From the NCBI GenBank assembly GCA_964387205.1, contig CAYLVY010000005.1, positions 1-60,492 of the forward strand: a stretch of 60,492 nt of DNA, read 5' to 3'. The stretch comes from an uncultured Draconibacterium sp. GTDB lineage: Bacteria > Bacteroidota > Bacteroidia > Bacteroidales > FEN-979. A program made the translations under genes and the position numbers. Positions 18,009 to 26,779 of this stretch are shown here, in pieces (within the stretch, counting starts at the first letter, position 1; the number at the start of each line of letters is the position of its first letter). The notes beneath the pieces are model-generated. The model worked only from the letters and a program-made list of their open reading frames with translations, was not told the DNA's origin and searched no databases.

Positions 18009-19034
18009 ATGAAAATATTGGTTACCGGCGGGACAGGTTATATCGGATCCCACACAGTTGTCGAATTGCAGGAAAAAGGCTATGTAGTAGTGATCGTGGA
18101 TAATTTATCCAACTCCACTGCCGAAGTCGTGGATAATATTGCCAGGATTACCGGTATCCTTCCGTTGTTTGAAAAGTTTGACCTGACTGATGCAGAAGCC
18201 ACCGCCGGTTTTTTTGCCAGGCATTCGGATATCCGTGCCATCATCCATTTCGCAGCCTTCAAAGCAGTTGGCGAGTCGGTGGAACAGCCATTGAAATACT
18301 ATCACAACAACCTGGTTTCGCTGATCAATATCCTTCAGGGAATGATCACCCACCAGATCCCCGATATTGTATTTTCCTCTTCATGTACGGTATATGGCCA
18401 ACCTGATGAATTGCCGGCAAAGGAGACCACACCGGTTCAAAAAGCGGTATCGCCCTATGGTAATACTAAGCAGATATCGGAAGAGATCATCAGCGATGCG
18501 GCTGGCATCAATCCGCTGAGGGCTATCCTGCTCCGCTACTTTAATCCCATCGGAGCCCATGAAAGCGCCATTATCGGCGAATTACCCCTTGGCGTGCCCA
18601 ACTGCCTCATGCCCTATATCACTCAGACCGCAATCGGCATCCGGCCGTTTCTCCGGGTGTGGGGCAATGATTATAATACACCGGATGGCACTGCCATCCG
18701 TGATTACATCCACGTGGTCGACCTGGCCAAAGCCCATGTGGTGGCCGTGGACCGCATGATCGAAAACAAGATGAAGAAAAACGTGGAGATATTCAACCTT
18801 GGAACCGGTAACGGATTTTCCGTTCTCGAGGTGATCCAGTCCTTTGAAAGGGCAACCGGACAAAAGTTGAATTATCAGATCCGCGAAAGGCGTCCGGGTG
18901 ATATTGAGCAGGTTTGGGCCGACACCACTTTTGCCAATCAGGAACTGGGGTGGAAAGCAGAGAAATCGCTCGACGAGATGACCGGTTCCGCGTGGCGATG
19001 GGAAAAGGTGCTGAAAATGAAAAATCCGAAATGA
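18009..19034 (+). CDS. galE: UDP-glucose 4-epimerase
   Basis: 341 aa with VTGGTGYIGSH, YGNTK (YxxxK) and IRDYIHVVDLA. Confidence 0.9.
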   Translation: MKILVTGGTGYIGSHTVVELQEKGYVVVIVDNLSNSTAEVVDNIARITGILPLFEKFDLTDAEATAGFFARHSDIRAIIHFAAFKAVGESVEQPLKYYHNNLVSLINILQGMITHQIPDIVFSSSCTVYGQPDELPAKETTPVQKAVSPYGNTKQISEEIISDAAGINPLRAILLRYFNPIGAHESAIIGELPLGVPNCLMPYITQTAIGIRPFLRVWGNDYNTPDGTAIRDYIHVVDLAKAHVVAVDRMIENKMKKNVEIFNLGTGNGFSVLEVIQSFERATGQKLNYQIRERRPGDIEQVWADTTFANQELGWKAEKSLDEMTGSAWRWEKVLKMKNPK

Positions 19035-19064
19035 AAAAAGAATAAACCGGTAAAAAAATTTTCT

Positions 19065-20114
19065 ATGAAAACCATTTTAATCACAGGCGGAGCGGGATTC
19101 ATCGGGTCGCATGTTGTCCGGCGGTTCGTTAACCGTTATCCCGGATATCATATTATCAATCTGGATAACCTGACCTATGCCGGTAATCTGGCCAACCTGA
19201 AAGACCTCGAAGGCTCCCCGAATTATGAATTTATCCGTGCCGATATCACCGATGCTGCCGGGATCAATGAAATATTTCGCCGGTACCGCTTCGACGGTGT
19301 GATCCACCTGGCAGCCGAATCCCATGTTGACCGGTCCATCAGCAGCCCCATGGAATTCATTTACACCAATATTATCGGAACGGTGAACCTGCTGAACGCG
19401 GCAAGGCAAATCTGGGAAAATCCTGGAGGCAGGAGGTTCTATCATATTTCCACTGATGAAGTCTATGGCTCCCTTGGCGAAACGGGTTTTTTTCAGGAGA
19501 CAACCGCCTATGACCCTCGCAGCCCCTATTCTGCCTCCAAGGCCAGTTCAGACCACCTGGTGAGGGCCTATTTCCATACCTATAAACTTCCGGTCGTATT
19601 GTCGAATTGTTCGAACAATTACGGCCCATATCAATTTCCGGAAAAACTTATACCACTATCTATCAATAATATAAGAAACAGCAAGCCAATCCCTGTGTAC
19701 GGTAAGGGAGAGAATATCCGCGACTGGCTTTATGTGGAAGACCATGCTTCAGCTATCGACCTGATATTCCATGAAGCCGGGCTTGGAGAAACCTATAATA
19801 TCGGCGGGCACAACGAATGGAAGAATATTGACCTGATCAGACTATTGTGCCGGATCATGGACCAAAAACTGAACCGTAAGGAGGGAACCTCGGAGCAGCT
19901 CATCACTTACGTGAAGGACCGGGCAGGGCATGACCTGCGTTATGCTATCGACTCAGGGAAGATCCAACGGGACCTTGGTTGGAAACCGACCCTGCAGTTT
20001 GAGGAGGGGCTTGAAAAAACGGTGGACTGGTATCTCGCCAATGAAGAGTGGATGAACAACATCACATCTGGCGATTACCAGCATTACTACGAAGATCAGT
20101 ACGCGAAAAGATAG
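19065..20114 (+). CDS. rfbB: dTDP-glucose 4,6-dehydratase
   Basis: 349 aa with ITGGAGFIGSH, HISTDEVYG, YSASKASSDH and RDWLYVEDH. Confidence 0.9.
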   Translation: MKTILITGGAGFIGSHVVRRFVNRYPGYHIINLDNLTYAGNLANLKDLEGSPNYEFIRADITDAAGINEIFRRYRFDGVIHLAAESHVDRSISSPMEFIYTNIIGTVNLLNAARQIWENPGGRRFYHISTDEVYGSLGETGFFQETTAYDPRSPYSASKASSDHLVRAYFHTYKLPVVLSNCSNNYGPYQFPEKLIPLSINNIRNSKPIPVYGKGENIRDWLYVEDHASAIDLIFHEAGLGETYNIGGHNEWKNIDLIRLLCRIMDQKLNRKEGTSEQLITYVKDRAGHDLRYAIDSGKIQRDLGWKPTLQFEEGLEKTVDWYLANEEWMNNITSGDYQHYYEDQYAKR

Positions 20115-20116
20115 TG

Positions 20117-21004
20117 TCAGCCGCCTGACACGGATACTTCACCGGCTATTTTCCGGATCAAACCCTGCAGGACTTCACCGGGCCCCAATTCGATAAAATT
20201 TCCGGCTCCGTCAGCAACCATATTTTGGACGATCTGTGTCCATAACACTGGCGCGGTCAGTTGCGCCACCAGGTTTTCCCTTATGGTAGCCGGATCGGTG
20301 ACCCGTTGTGCAGTTGCATTCTGATACACCGGACAGATGGGGGTATTTACCACGGTTTTTTCGATGGCTTCGGCAAGTTCTACCCTGGCAGGCTCCATCA
20401 GCGGGGAGTGGAAAGCTCCTCCGACCTTTAGCGGAAGGGCCCTGCGGGCACCGGCGCTCTTCATCATGGCACATGCTTTGTCGATTCCGGAGATACTGCC
20501 TGAAATGACGAGTTGCCCGGGACTGTTATAGTTGGCAGGAACCACAATTTCGTCTTCAATACACCGGCATATCTCCTCTGCTTTGACATCGTCCAGGCCG
20601 AGGATGGCGGCCATGGTGGAAGGTTCGGCTTCACAGGCTTTCTGCATCGCCGTTGCTCTTGCGGCTACCAATTTCAGTCCGTCTTCGAAAGAGATCGCCT
20701 TAGCGGCTGTCAGGGCTGAGAATTCTCCAAGGGAGTGTCCCGCAACCATATCAGGCCGGAAGGCCTCGCCCATGGTGGCTGCCAAGATCACCGAGTGCAG
20801 GAAGATGGCCGGCTGCGTTACCCTGGTCTGCCTCAGGTCTTCATCCGTTCCGGCAAACATCAGGTCGGTTATTCTGAAACCTAAGATTTCATTCGCCTTT
20901 TCAAACATCTCTTTCGCCAGTGCGGAGTTCTCATATAGCTCTTTACCCATACCGACAAACTGGGCACCCTGCCCCGGAAAGACATATGCTGTTAACATAT
21001 TCAT
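20117..21004 (-). CDS. fabD: ACP S-malonyltransferase
   Basis: 295 aa with FPGQGAQFVGMG, GHSLGEFSAL and GAFHSPLM. Confidence 0.92.
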   Translation of the reverse strand: MNMLTAYVFPGQGAQFVGMGKELYENSALAKEMFEKANEILGFRITDLMFAGTDEDLRQTRVTQPAIFLHSVILAATMGEAFRPDMVAGHSLGEFSALTAAKAISFEDGLKLVAARATAMQKACEAEPSTMAAILGLDDVKAEEICRCIEDEIVVPANYNSPGQLVISGSISGIDKACAMMKSAGARRALPLKVGGAFHSPLMEPARVELAEAIEKTVVNTPICPVYQNATAQRVTDPATIRENLVAQLTAPVLWTQIVQNMVADGAGNFIELGPGEVLQGLIRKIAGEVSVSGG

Positions 21005-21043
21005 TCTAAATTGTTTACTTTTAATTTATGAATTGAAATCCCT

Positions 21044-21781
21044 TTACTTCCTGTCTCCTAAAAACCTTAGAAGGAAAATAAAGAGATTGATAAAGTCCAG
21101 ATAAAGGGTCATAGCGCCCATGATACTCAGTTTACGGGCGTTGTCTTCACCGAATTCACCGGCCCCGGCCGACATCTTTTTCAGTCGTTGTACATCATAG
21201 GCTGTCAATCCCGTGAAAATGAGCACTCCGATGATACTGATGATATAATCCATGGTACTGCTCTGAAGAAACATATTCACGAGCATGGCAACCACCAGAC
21301 CGATCAAACCCATGAACATGATCGCTCCGAACTTTGTCAGATCTGTCTTGGTTGTATAACCTGTGATGGCCATCACGCCAAACATTATGGCGGTCACTAT
21401 GAATGTTTTAAAGACCGAAGCCGAGGTATAAACCAGCAAAATAAAGCTCAGGCTCATTCCCATCAGTACGGAAAAAGTGACAAAGAGCAATGTCAGAACG
21501 GCAGGCGATAACCGTTGAAATCCGAATGACATCAGCAGCACGAATCCGATGGGTGCAAGGGTCACGACCCAGCCCAGAACGGTTAGGCCGCCGGAGGTGG
21601 TATTGATGAGGGACATGATCAGTGATGGCGTATTGGCGAACCACCACGCCGTAAGGGCGGTCAGGAGCATGGCGAGGGTCATCCAGCTGAAAACCTGTCG
21701 CATAAATGCCCGGGAGGCAGATACATCAATGGTTCCCTCCCCGGCAGAAAAATAGCGGTTATTATTGTTTTGGTCAAACAT
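21044..21781 (-). CDS. Bax inhibitor-1/YccA family membrane protein
   Basis: 245 aa with 7 hydrophobic segments and a C-terminal ...YLDFINLFIFLLRFLG, typical of BI-1. Confidence 0.85.
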   Translation of the reverse strand: MFDQNNNNRYFSAGEGTIDVSASRAFMRQVFSWMTLAMLLTALTAWWFANTPSLIMSLINTTSGGLTVLGWVVTLAPIGFVLLMSFGFQRLSPAVLTLLFVTFSVLMGMSLSFILLVYTSASVFKTFIVTAIMFGVMAITGYTTKTDLTKFGAIMFMGLIGLVVAMLVNMFLQSSTMDYIISIIGVLIFTGLTAYDVQRLKKMSAGAGEFGEDNARKLSIMGAMTLYLDFINLFIFLLRFLGDRK

Positions 21782-21837
21782 AGTTTTATCTCCTTATATT
21801 GATTGGTTAGATTACAATTATCATAATATATTAAAAA

Positions 21838-22449
21838 TCAGTGCAGTTTGTTGCTGATCAGGTGCAAAAATTCGGCCCGGGTTTTATCTCTTTCGAATGC
21901 TCCGGTGAAATCGGAGGTGGTAGTTACCGAGTTTTGTTTCTGAACCCCGCGCATAGCCATGCACAAATGTTGTGCCTCAATTACAACTGCCACGCCAAGG
22001 GGTTTCAGGGTCTCCTGGATGGCCTCCTTTATTTGCATGGTCAGGCGTTCCTGCACCTGCAGACGGCGGGCATAGATATCTACCACCCGGGCTATTTTGC
22101 TGAGACCGGTGATATATTTATCGGGAATGTAAGCCACATGGGCTTTGCCGATAAAAGGGACCATATGATGTTCGCACAGGGAGTAGATTTCGATGTCTTT
22201 GACGATAACCATCTCACGGTAATCTTCCCTGAATTTCGCAGAGTTGAGGATCTCTTTAGGATCGAGGGAGTAACCCTGTGTCAGGAACTGAATGGCCTTG
22301 GCGACCCGCAGCGGGGTTTTCAGCAATCCTTCCCTGTCGGGATTTTCACCGATCAGTTTCAGTATCTCTTTGTAGTGGGCTCCCAGTTGTTCGGTGGTTT
22401 TAGGATTAAACTCCTCCACCTTTTCGTAATTCGCATTTTTCTTTCCCAT
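21838..22449 (-). CDS. folE: GTP cyclohydrolase I
   Basis: [30 protein letters not shown] and HLCMAMRGV are present. I prefer the ATG at 22449 ([10 protein letters not shown]...). The track start at 22521 overlaps the upstream gene. Confidence 0.9.
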   Translation of the reverse strand: MGKKNANYEKVEEFNPKTTEQLGAHYKEILKLIGENPDREGLLKTPLRVAKAIQFLTQGYSLDPKEILNSAKFREDYREMVIVKDIEIYSLCEHHMVPFIGKAHVAYIPDKYITGLSKIARVVDIYARRLQVQERLTMQIKEAIQETLKPLGVAVVIEAQHLCMAMRGVQKQNSVTTTSDFTGAFERDKTRAEFLHLISNKLH

Positions 22450-22460
22450 AACGATAAAAG

Positions 22461-22880
22461 CTAGTCTTGGATTCCGTAGTATTCGATGATATTGTTTTCT
22501 GATTGTTCCAGCCGGACGCAATGCAACTTGCCGCCCAAATGTGCAATATCTTCCGCCAGTTCATTCCAGATGCCGATGGCAATGTTTTCGCTGGTAGGCA
22601 CTTTACCCTGAAGGAAATCGACCTCCAGGTTCAGGTTTTTATGGTCAAGTTTGTTCAGGATTTTTTGCTCGATGAGTTTACTCACATGGCGGAGGTGGAT
22701 GATCAGCCCGGTACTGGGGTCCACTTCACCCTGAATGGTGACATAGAGGATGTAGTTGTGCCCATGCCAGTTGGGGTTGGAACATTTGCCGAAGATCTCC
22801 ATGTTTTCGGCATCGCTTAATTCCGGGAGGTAGAGCCGGTGTGCGGCGCTGAAGTGCTCCCTCCTGATGATGAAGGCCAT
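22461..22880 (-). CDS. 6-pyruvoyl-tetrahydropterin synthase-like protein (COG0720, Cx5HGH type)
   Basis: 139 aa with FSAAHRL and [11 protein letters not shown]. The spacing is Cx5HGH, as in PTPS-II rather than QueD. It lies 11 nt upstream of folE on the same strand. Confidence 0.75.
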   Translation of the reverse strand: MAFIIRREHFSAAHRLYLPELSDAENMEIFGKCSNPNWHGHNYILYVTIQGEVDPSTGLIIHLRHVSKLIEQKILNKLDHKNLNLEVDFLQGKVPTSENIAIGIWNELAEDIAHLGGKLHCVRLEQSENNIIEYYGIQD

Positions 22881-22897
22881 GGGATTGATTTTGGGGT

Positions 22898-22905
22898 CAA
22901 AGGTA
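22898..22905 (-). promoter_or_regulatory. candidate -7 promoter box (TACCTTTG) for PTPS-folE
   Basis: Plus-strand CAAAGGTA lies 17 nt upstream of the ATG at 22880. Confidence 0.4.
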
Positions 22906-22939
22906 AGTAAAATTCCGGTGCCATCACGGGTGGACAGGG

Positions 22940-23320
22940 TCAGCTACCCGGTTTGCGGCTGATCCGGATGATGGCAACGGCCTCGTAGATGGTGTAAACA
23001 AGGTAAAGGGCAAAAAATGCCAGCAGGAAAGGGACGGCATCCACACGGTACAACCAGGCATAGGTCACCATGATAGTGACGTAGAGAAATAGTTTGACAA
23101 TCACCGAGAGGAGATAAGTATTCAGGAACCGGATGAATTTCTGTGCCAGGCTTTTTTCCAGGAAACGGAAGGTAATGTAAGTTACTGCCATGAAAAAGGG
23201 TATAAGCAAAGGCAGGGCGGGTGTAATATAAGGATCGGGGAGAAGCCAGGAGATCAGCAGGGCAATGGAGGCGATAATGGCTGAAAAGTAAAACAGCGGG
23301 GCAACGAAACGTTGGGTCAT
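22940..23320 (-). CDS. small 4-TM membrane protein (unknown; ATP-synthase-protein-I-like position)
   Basis: 126 aa with four hydrophobic helices. It starts 24 nt downstream of the AtpZ-like gene. I recognised no motif. Confidence 0.5.
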   Translation of the reverse strand: MTQRFVAPLFYFSAIIASIALLISWLLPDPYITPALPLLIPFFMAVTYITFRFLEKSLAQKFIRFLNTYLLSVIVKLFLYVTIMVTYAWLYRVDAVPFLLAFFALYLVYTIYEAVAIIRISRKPGS

Positions 23321-23344
23321 GGCGTCTGGGTATGAAGGTGTGGA

Positions 23345-23554
23345 TCATTTCCGGAGCAGCTCCCGGATACTGAGGTATATGGCGGCTGCAACGGCAAGAG
23401 TGGTCAGGACTATGGTAAAGAGGGGTTTAACGGAGAGCCATTGATCTGCTTTCCAGCCACCCCAGGCCCCCAGCAGGATGATGGCAAGCATCTGAAAGGC
23501 CATGCCGGAGTATCGGGCATAATCCTTCAGGTTTTTTTGCGGATCACGGTTCAT
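23345..23554 (-). CDS. AtpZ/AtpI family protein
   Basis: From the internal ATG at 23554: MNRDPQKNLKDYARYSGMAFQMLAIILLGAWGGWKADQWL..., the typical AtpZ two-helix pattern. The N-terminal extension in the track ORF overlaps the bactofilin gene. Confidence 0.7.
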   Translation of the reverse strand: MNRDPQKNLKDYARYSGMAFQMLAIILLGAWGGWKADQWLSVKPLFTIVLTTLAVAAAIYLSIRELLRK

Positions 23555-23930
23555 CGGCAGCGGGTAGGGCGAAATCTTTAATAATCCCGCCCTGCTCCAT
23601 CGCACAGGTACCGGAAAATTGTGCACCGGGCTCAATGGCCAGTTTGCCGGTAATGATGTCGCCACTGTACCTCGCGCTCTCTTTCAGGGTCAGCAAATCC
23701 GAAACCTTGACATTGGCTTTCACTTCGCCTGAAAAATCGGCATTCTGGCATTGGATCTCGCCTTCGATTTTGCCGGTAGGCCCTACCACGATTTTGCCTT
23801 TACAGTAAATGGTGCCTGTCAGCGTACCGTCGATGCGAAAATCACCGTTAACCTGGATTTCCCCCCTGACCACCGCTCCCGGCCCCAGGATGTTGATGGA
23901 TGGCATTTCCGGTTCTCTGTTTTTTGACAT
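23544..23930 (-). CDS. bactofilin (polymer-forming cytoskeletal protein)
   Basis: From the ATG at 23930: repetitive beta-helix windings (GAVVRGEIQVNGDFRIDGTLTGTIYCKGKIVVGPTGKIEGEIQCQNADFSGEVKANV...). It starts 4 nt after the porW/sprE stop, and its last 11 nt overlap the atpZ-like start. Confidence 0.85.
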   Translation of the reverse strand: MSKNREPEMPSINILGPGAVVRGEIQVNGDFRIDGTLTGTIYCKGKIVVGPTGKIEGEIQCQNADFSGEVKANVKVSDLLTLKESARYSGDIITGKLAIEPGAQFSGTCAMEQGGIIKDFALPAADEP

Positions 23931-23934
23931 GGAA

Positions 23935-26634
23935 CTATGGTTTGTTGGTATAATTTTTTTCGAAGAAAAGAAGATATTGGCCGACATCCTTGTTGCGATA
24001 AAAAATGGGATAATTGTCCAGTGAAATGACGAAATCGTGATAAGGGCCTGAATTCTGAAGCCGGGTGAAGATGTATTTGCTGTCCCGGATTCCGGATAAA
24101 TAAATCATGGCATTCCGGCTGTTGGAAAAATTATTGATGGTGATCATCTGACGCTCGTCGTCCAGCACCAGGCTATTGACCATCAGATTTTCCAGGTCAT
24201 GGAAACGGGTATTGTAATCGCTGAGTTTGATCTTCAGCGCATCGACGTCTACCAGATTGTCGTTGACGATCAGGATATAAAAATGGACCGCATTGGGATC
24301 AGGTTTATACAATTCGGCCAGTGGTTGCTGTCCGGCGGATGAAGCGGGGGAGGTAGCGCCCCGGATAGTATCTCCCTCTGCAGGCTGGACTTTATTGCCC
24401 AGGAAAGCAAGCACATCGTCTGCCAGCGGCCTGACTTCGCTCTTCGGGAAATCACGGATGATAGTCTGCATGGCATGTACCAGCGAATCCACCACTTCGA
24501 TCTTGCCTATGGCGAGGCCCCGCAAATACTCGAATTTCGGCATCAGCGCCGAATCACTGCGGAATTTTTCCCGGGCAATGTCGCCATTGTTTATCACCAT
24601 GTAATATTGCTGGCGGGTGAAGGCATTGTAGGTTTCCAGGTATAATTTTCCTGCTTCCGAGGTGCGGGCACCTATCTCCTTGTAGTAATCCGGATTTACC
24701 AGCAGTTTGGCATAGTCACTGGCAGGGTACAGGGTAAGGATCTGATTCTTAAAATAATCGCTTTTCGGTCCGTTTTGTAGTTCCTTGTATAGGATACACA
24801 GTTCATATGCCGATTGTATTTTATATTTGTTATCCGGATACCGGTTTAACAGCTCCTCAAAAGTCGCCACAGCATTGGCATAGTCGCCCAATCCCTCGAC
24901 GAAAATAAAGCCCGCCTGGTAAAGGGCTTCTATGATCTTGTCATGAGATGCCTGTACCATTTCCGGAGTCGTGGGGATATCCGGCAGGTAAAAGGCACGA
25001 TCTTTCGGGTTATTTGCTTTTCCGTCTTTTTTCTTCATGGCCAGCGCGCTGTCACCGGCCATTCCGGTTGTGTCATCCCCTTCGGGTTGCTCTTCGGCGA
25101 AAACGGCAATGGTTTTATCGGTCAGGAACCAATTATCTTCCAGTTTGCGCTGACCCCAACGCTTTCTGAAGGTATTAAACCCGCTGGACATCAGTGTGGG
25201 ATTGTAGAAATACCACTTCCCTTCGCGCGAACCGCCCAGGGCTGTCTGTTCCTGGGAAGAAAGCTGGCTGGCCTGGTATTTACCTATAGATCGCTGGTTT
25301 TCTTCCATCTGTTTTTTTCTCTCCTCGGCGATCAGTTTGGATATGATCTGGTCGATCACTTTATTCCGCTGGTCGGCAGTCATGCCGGCAAGGCGTTGCA
25401 AACTATCCTGCCGTTGGACCACCTGCAGGTTGGTGACCAGGTCGGTAAGGGTAACTGTGCGTCTCGACAACTCTTTATAGTTGGAATAATCCTTAGGGAG
25501 GAACTGCATGGTGCTGTCATAATAGGACTGGGCGCCTTCATATTCCTTGCGGTCAAAGTAAATATTGGCCAGTGTGAGGGATGAGATGGCTTTCTGGTAG
25601 TTATTTTTGGTGCTGCTGGCCACCGATTTGATGAGATAGTCGATCCCCGTGACAGTATCGGAGTCTTTCATGGCCACAGAGGCGAGAGAGAAATAGATCT
25701 GATCCAGAAAGTCGGTATTTTTATCATCCCGGAGCATTTTATTGAGCCGGTCAAGGATATATTTCCGGTCACCGCTCTGGGCATCATAACTTTGTGCCAG
25801 ATTGATCTTGGCATTGAATTCCATCTCATAATCAGTAGATGATTTGAGTACCATCCGGTAATATCTGGATGCCTGGGCAAGTTCTCCGTTGAACTGGTTG
25901 ATCTGTCCGAGGATGAAATAGCATCGTGTCCTCATTTTCCGTGGTGGCTGAAGCTCCAGCGCCCTGTTCAGGTAAGGAATTGCGGTTTCATATTTTTTCT
26001 GCAGGATGTTCAGTTGGGCATATTCGAGATGAACCGGAAGTTCCAGTGACTGAGGTGCCTCGCCTTTGGTAATCTTTCCAAGCAGCATATCCAGCATCGA
26101 TTCGGCCCTTTTGTAATCTCCGGCCTGATTGTTTGATTTTGCAATCCATAGCATGGCTTCATGCCTGATCTCATTGTAATTGTAAGTTTTGGAGACAAAT
26201 TCAAAGGTCCGGCGGGCCATCGGATAATCCTGCTTGTAAAAGTACGCCTTGCCCATCAGCATATAAGAATCGTCGATCCAGCGGACATACTCCCTTCGGT
26301 TGAAAACCATAGAGTGTTTACTGATGGTCTTTGTGGCCTTTTTGATCGCAATGTCGGCGTATTGGTTCATCTTGGCTCCTGAAGCCTGGTCCCCGTAATT
26401 ATAAACCGGCAAAATAAGGGCATAGTTGTCTTTCAGACTAACCTGCTGATCCCGAACGCCCTGACGGATGTTATCCATGCCGTTCCAGTAAACATTGAAA
26501 TGGGAGGTCAGGTTATGGTACACCCGGCGGGTGAAGGTATTTTTTTTCGTAGAGCAGCCAGAAGTAAAAAAAAGTCCTGCAAAGAGGAGAACCAATAAGG
26601 CAAACCAGTGGTTTCGCTTCGTCAATCTCAACAC
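23935..26634 (-). CDS. porW: TPR-repeat lipoprotein, T9SS/gliding protein SprE/PorW family
   Basis: 899 aa with a GTG start and a lipobox (FFTSGC). The N-terminal block (TFTRRVYHNLTSHFNVYWNG...) resembles SprE, and multiple TPR-like repeats follow. Confidence 0.7.
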   Translation of the reverse strand: MLRLTKRNHWFALLVLLFAGLFFTSGCSTKKNTFTRRVYHNLTSHFNVYWNGMDNIRQGVRDQQVSLKDNYALILPVYNYGDQASGAKMNQYADIAIKKATKTISKHSMVFNRREYVRWIDDSYMLMGKAYFYKQDYPMARRTFEFVSKTYNYNEIRHEAMLWIAKSNNQAGDYKRAESMLDMLLGKITKGEAPQSLELPVHLEYAQLNILQKKYETAIPYLNRALELQPPRKMRTRCYFILGQINQFNGELAQASRYYRMVLKSSTDYEMEFNAKINLAQSYDAQSGDRKYILDRLNKMLRDDKNTDFLDQIYFSLASVAMKDSDTVTGIDYLIKSVASSTKNNYQKAISSLTLANIYFDRKEYEGAQSYYDSTMQFLPKDYSNYKELSRRTVTLTDLVTNLQVVQRQDSLQRLAGMTADQRNKVIDQIISKLIAEERKKQMEENQRSIGKYQASQLSSQEQTALGGSREGKWYFYNPTLMSSGFNTFRKRWGQRKLEDNWFLTDKTIAVFAEEQPEGDDTTGMAGDSALAMKKKDGKANNPKDRAFYLPDIPTTPEMVQASHDKIIEALYQAGFIFVEGLGDYANAVATFEELLNRYPDNKYKIQSAYELCILYKELQNGPKSDYFKNQILTLYPASDYAKLLVNPDYYKEIGARTSEAGKLYLETYNAFTRQQYYMVINNGDIAREKFRSDSALMPKFEYLRGLAIGKIEVVDSLVHAMQTIIRDFPKSEVRPLADDVLAFLGNKVQPAEGDTIRGATSPASSAGQQPLAELYKPDPNAVHFYILIVNDNLVDVDALKIKLSDYNTRFHDLENLMVNSLVLDDERQMITINNFSNSRNAMIYLSGIRDSKYIFTRLQNSGPYHDFVISLDNYPIFYRNKDVGQYLLFFEKNYTNKP

Positions 26635-26669
26635 ATCATTATATTTATGACATAATAACTTTAATTGTA

Positions 26670-26677
26670 CAAAAATA
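26670..26677 (-). promoter_or_regulatory. candidate -7 promoter box (TATTTTTG) for the porW operon
   Basis: Plus-strand CAAAAATA lies 35 nt upstream of the GTG at 26634. Confidence 0.35.
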
Positions 26678-26779
26678 TTTTAATTTTTTGAATTTGGCGG
26701 CGCTTAGTCTAAGATTTGTGGCATGGGAAAATTTTCCGATATTTGCACCGTTTTGGAAGACAATGATTAAGTAACCCCA

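Noticed and set aside
22944-23348. A 134-aa ORF in an alternative minus-strand frame overlapping the 4-TM membrane protein gene.
   Set aside because: It is P/R/H-rich with no hydrophobic or domain pattern. The 126-aa frame gives four clean TM helices and a sensible spacing to the atpZ-like gene.
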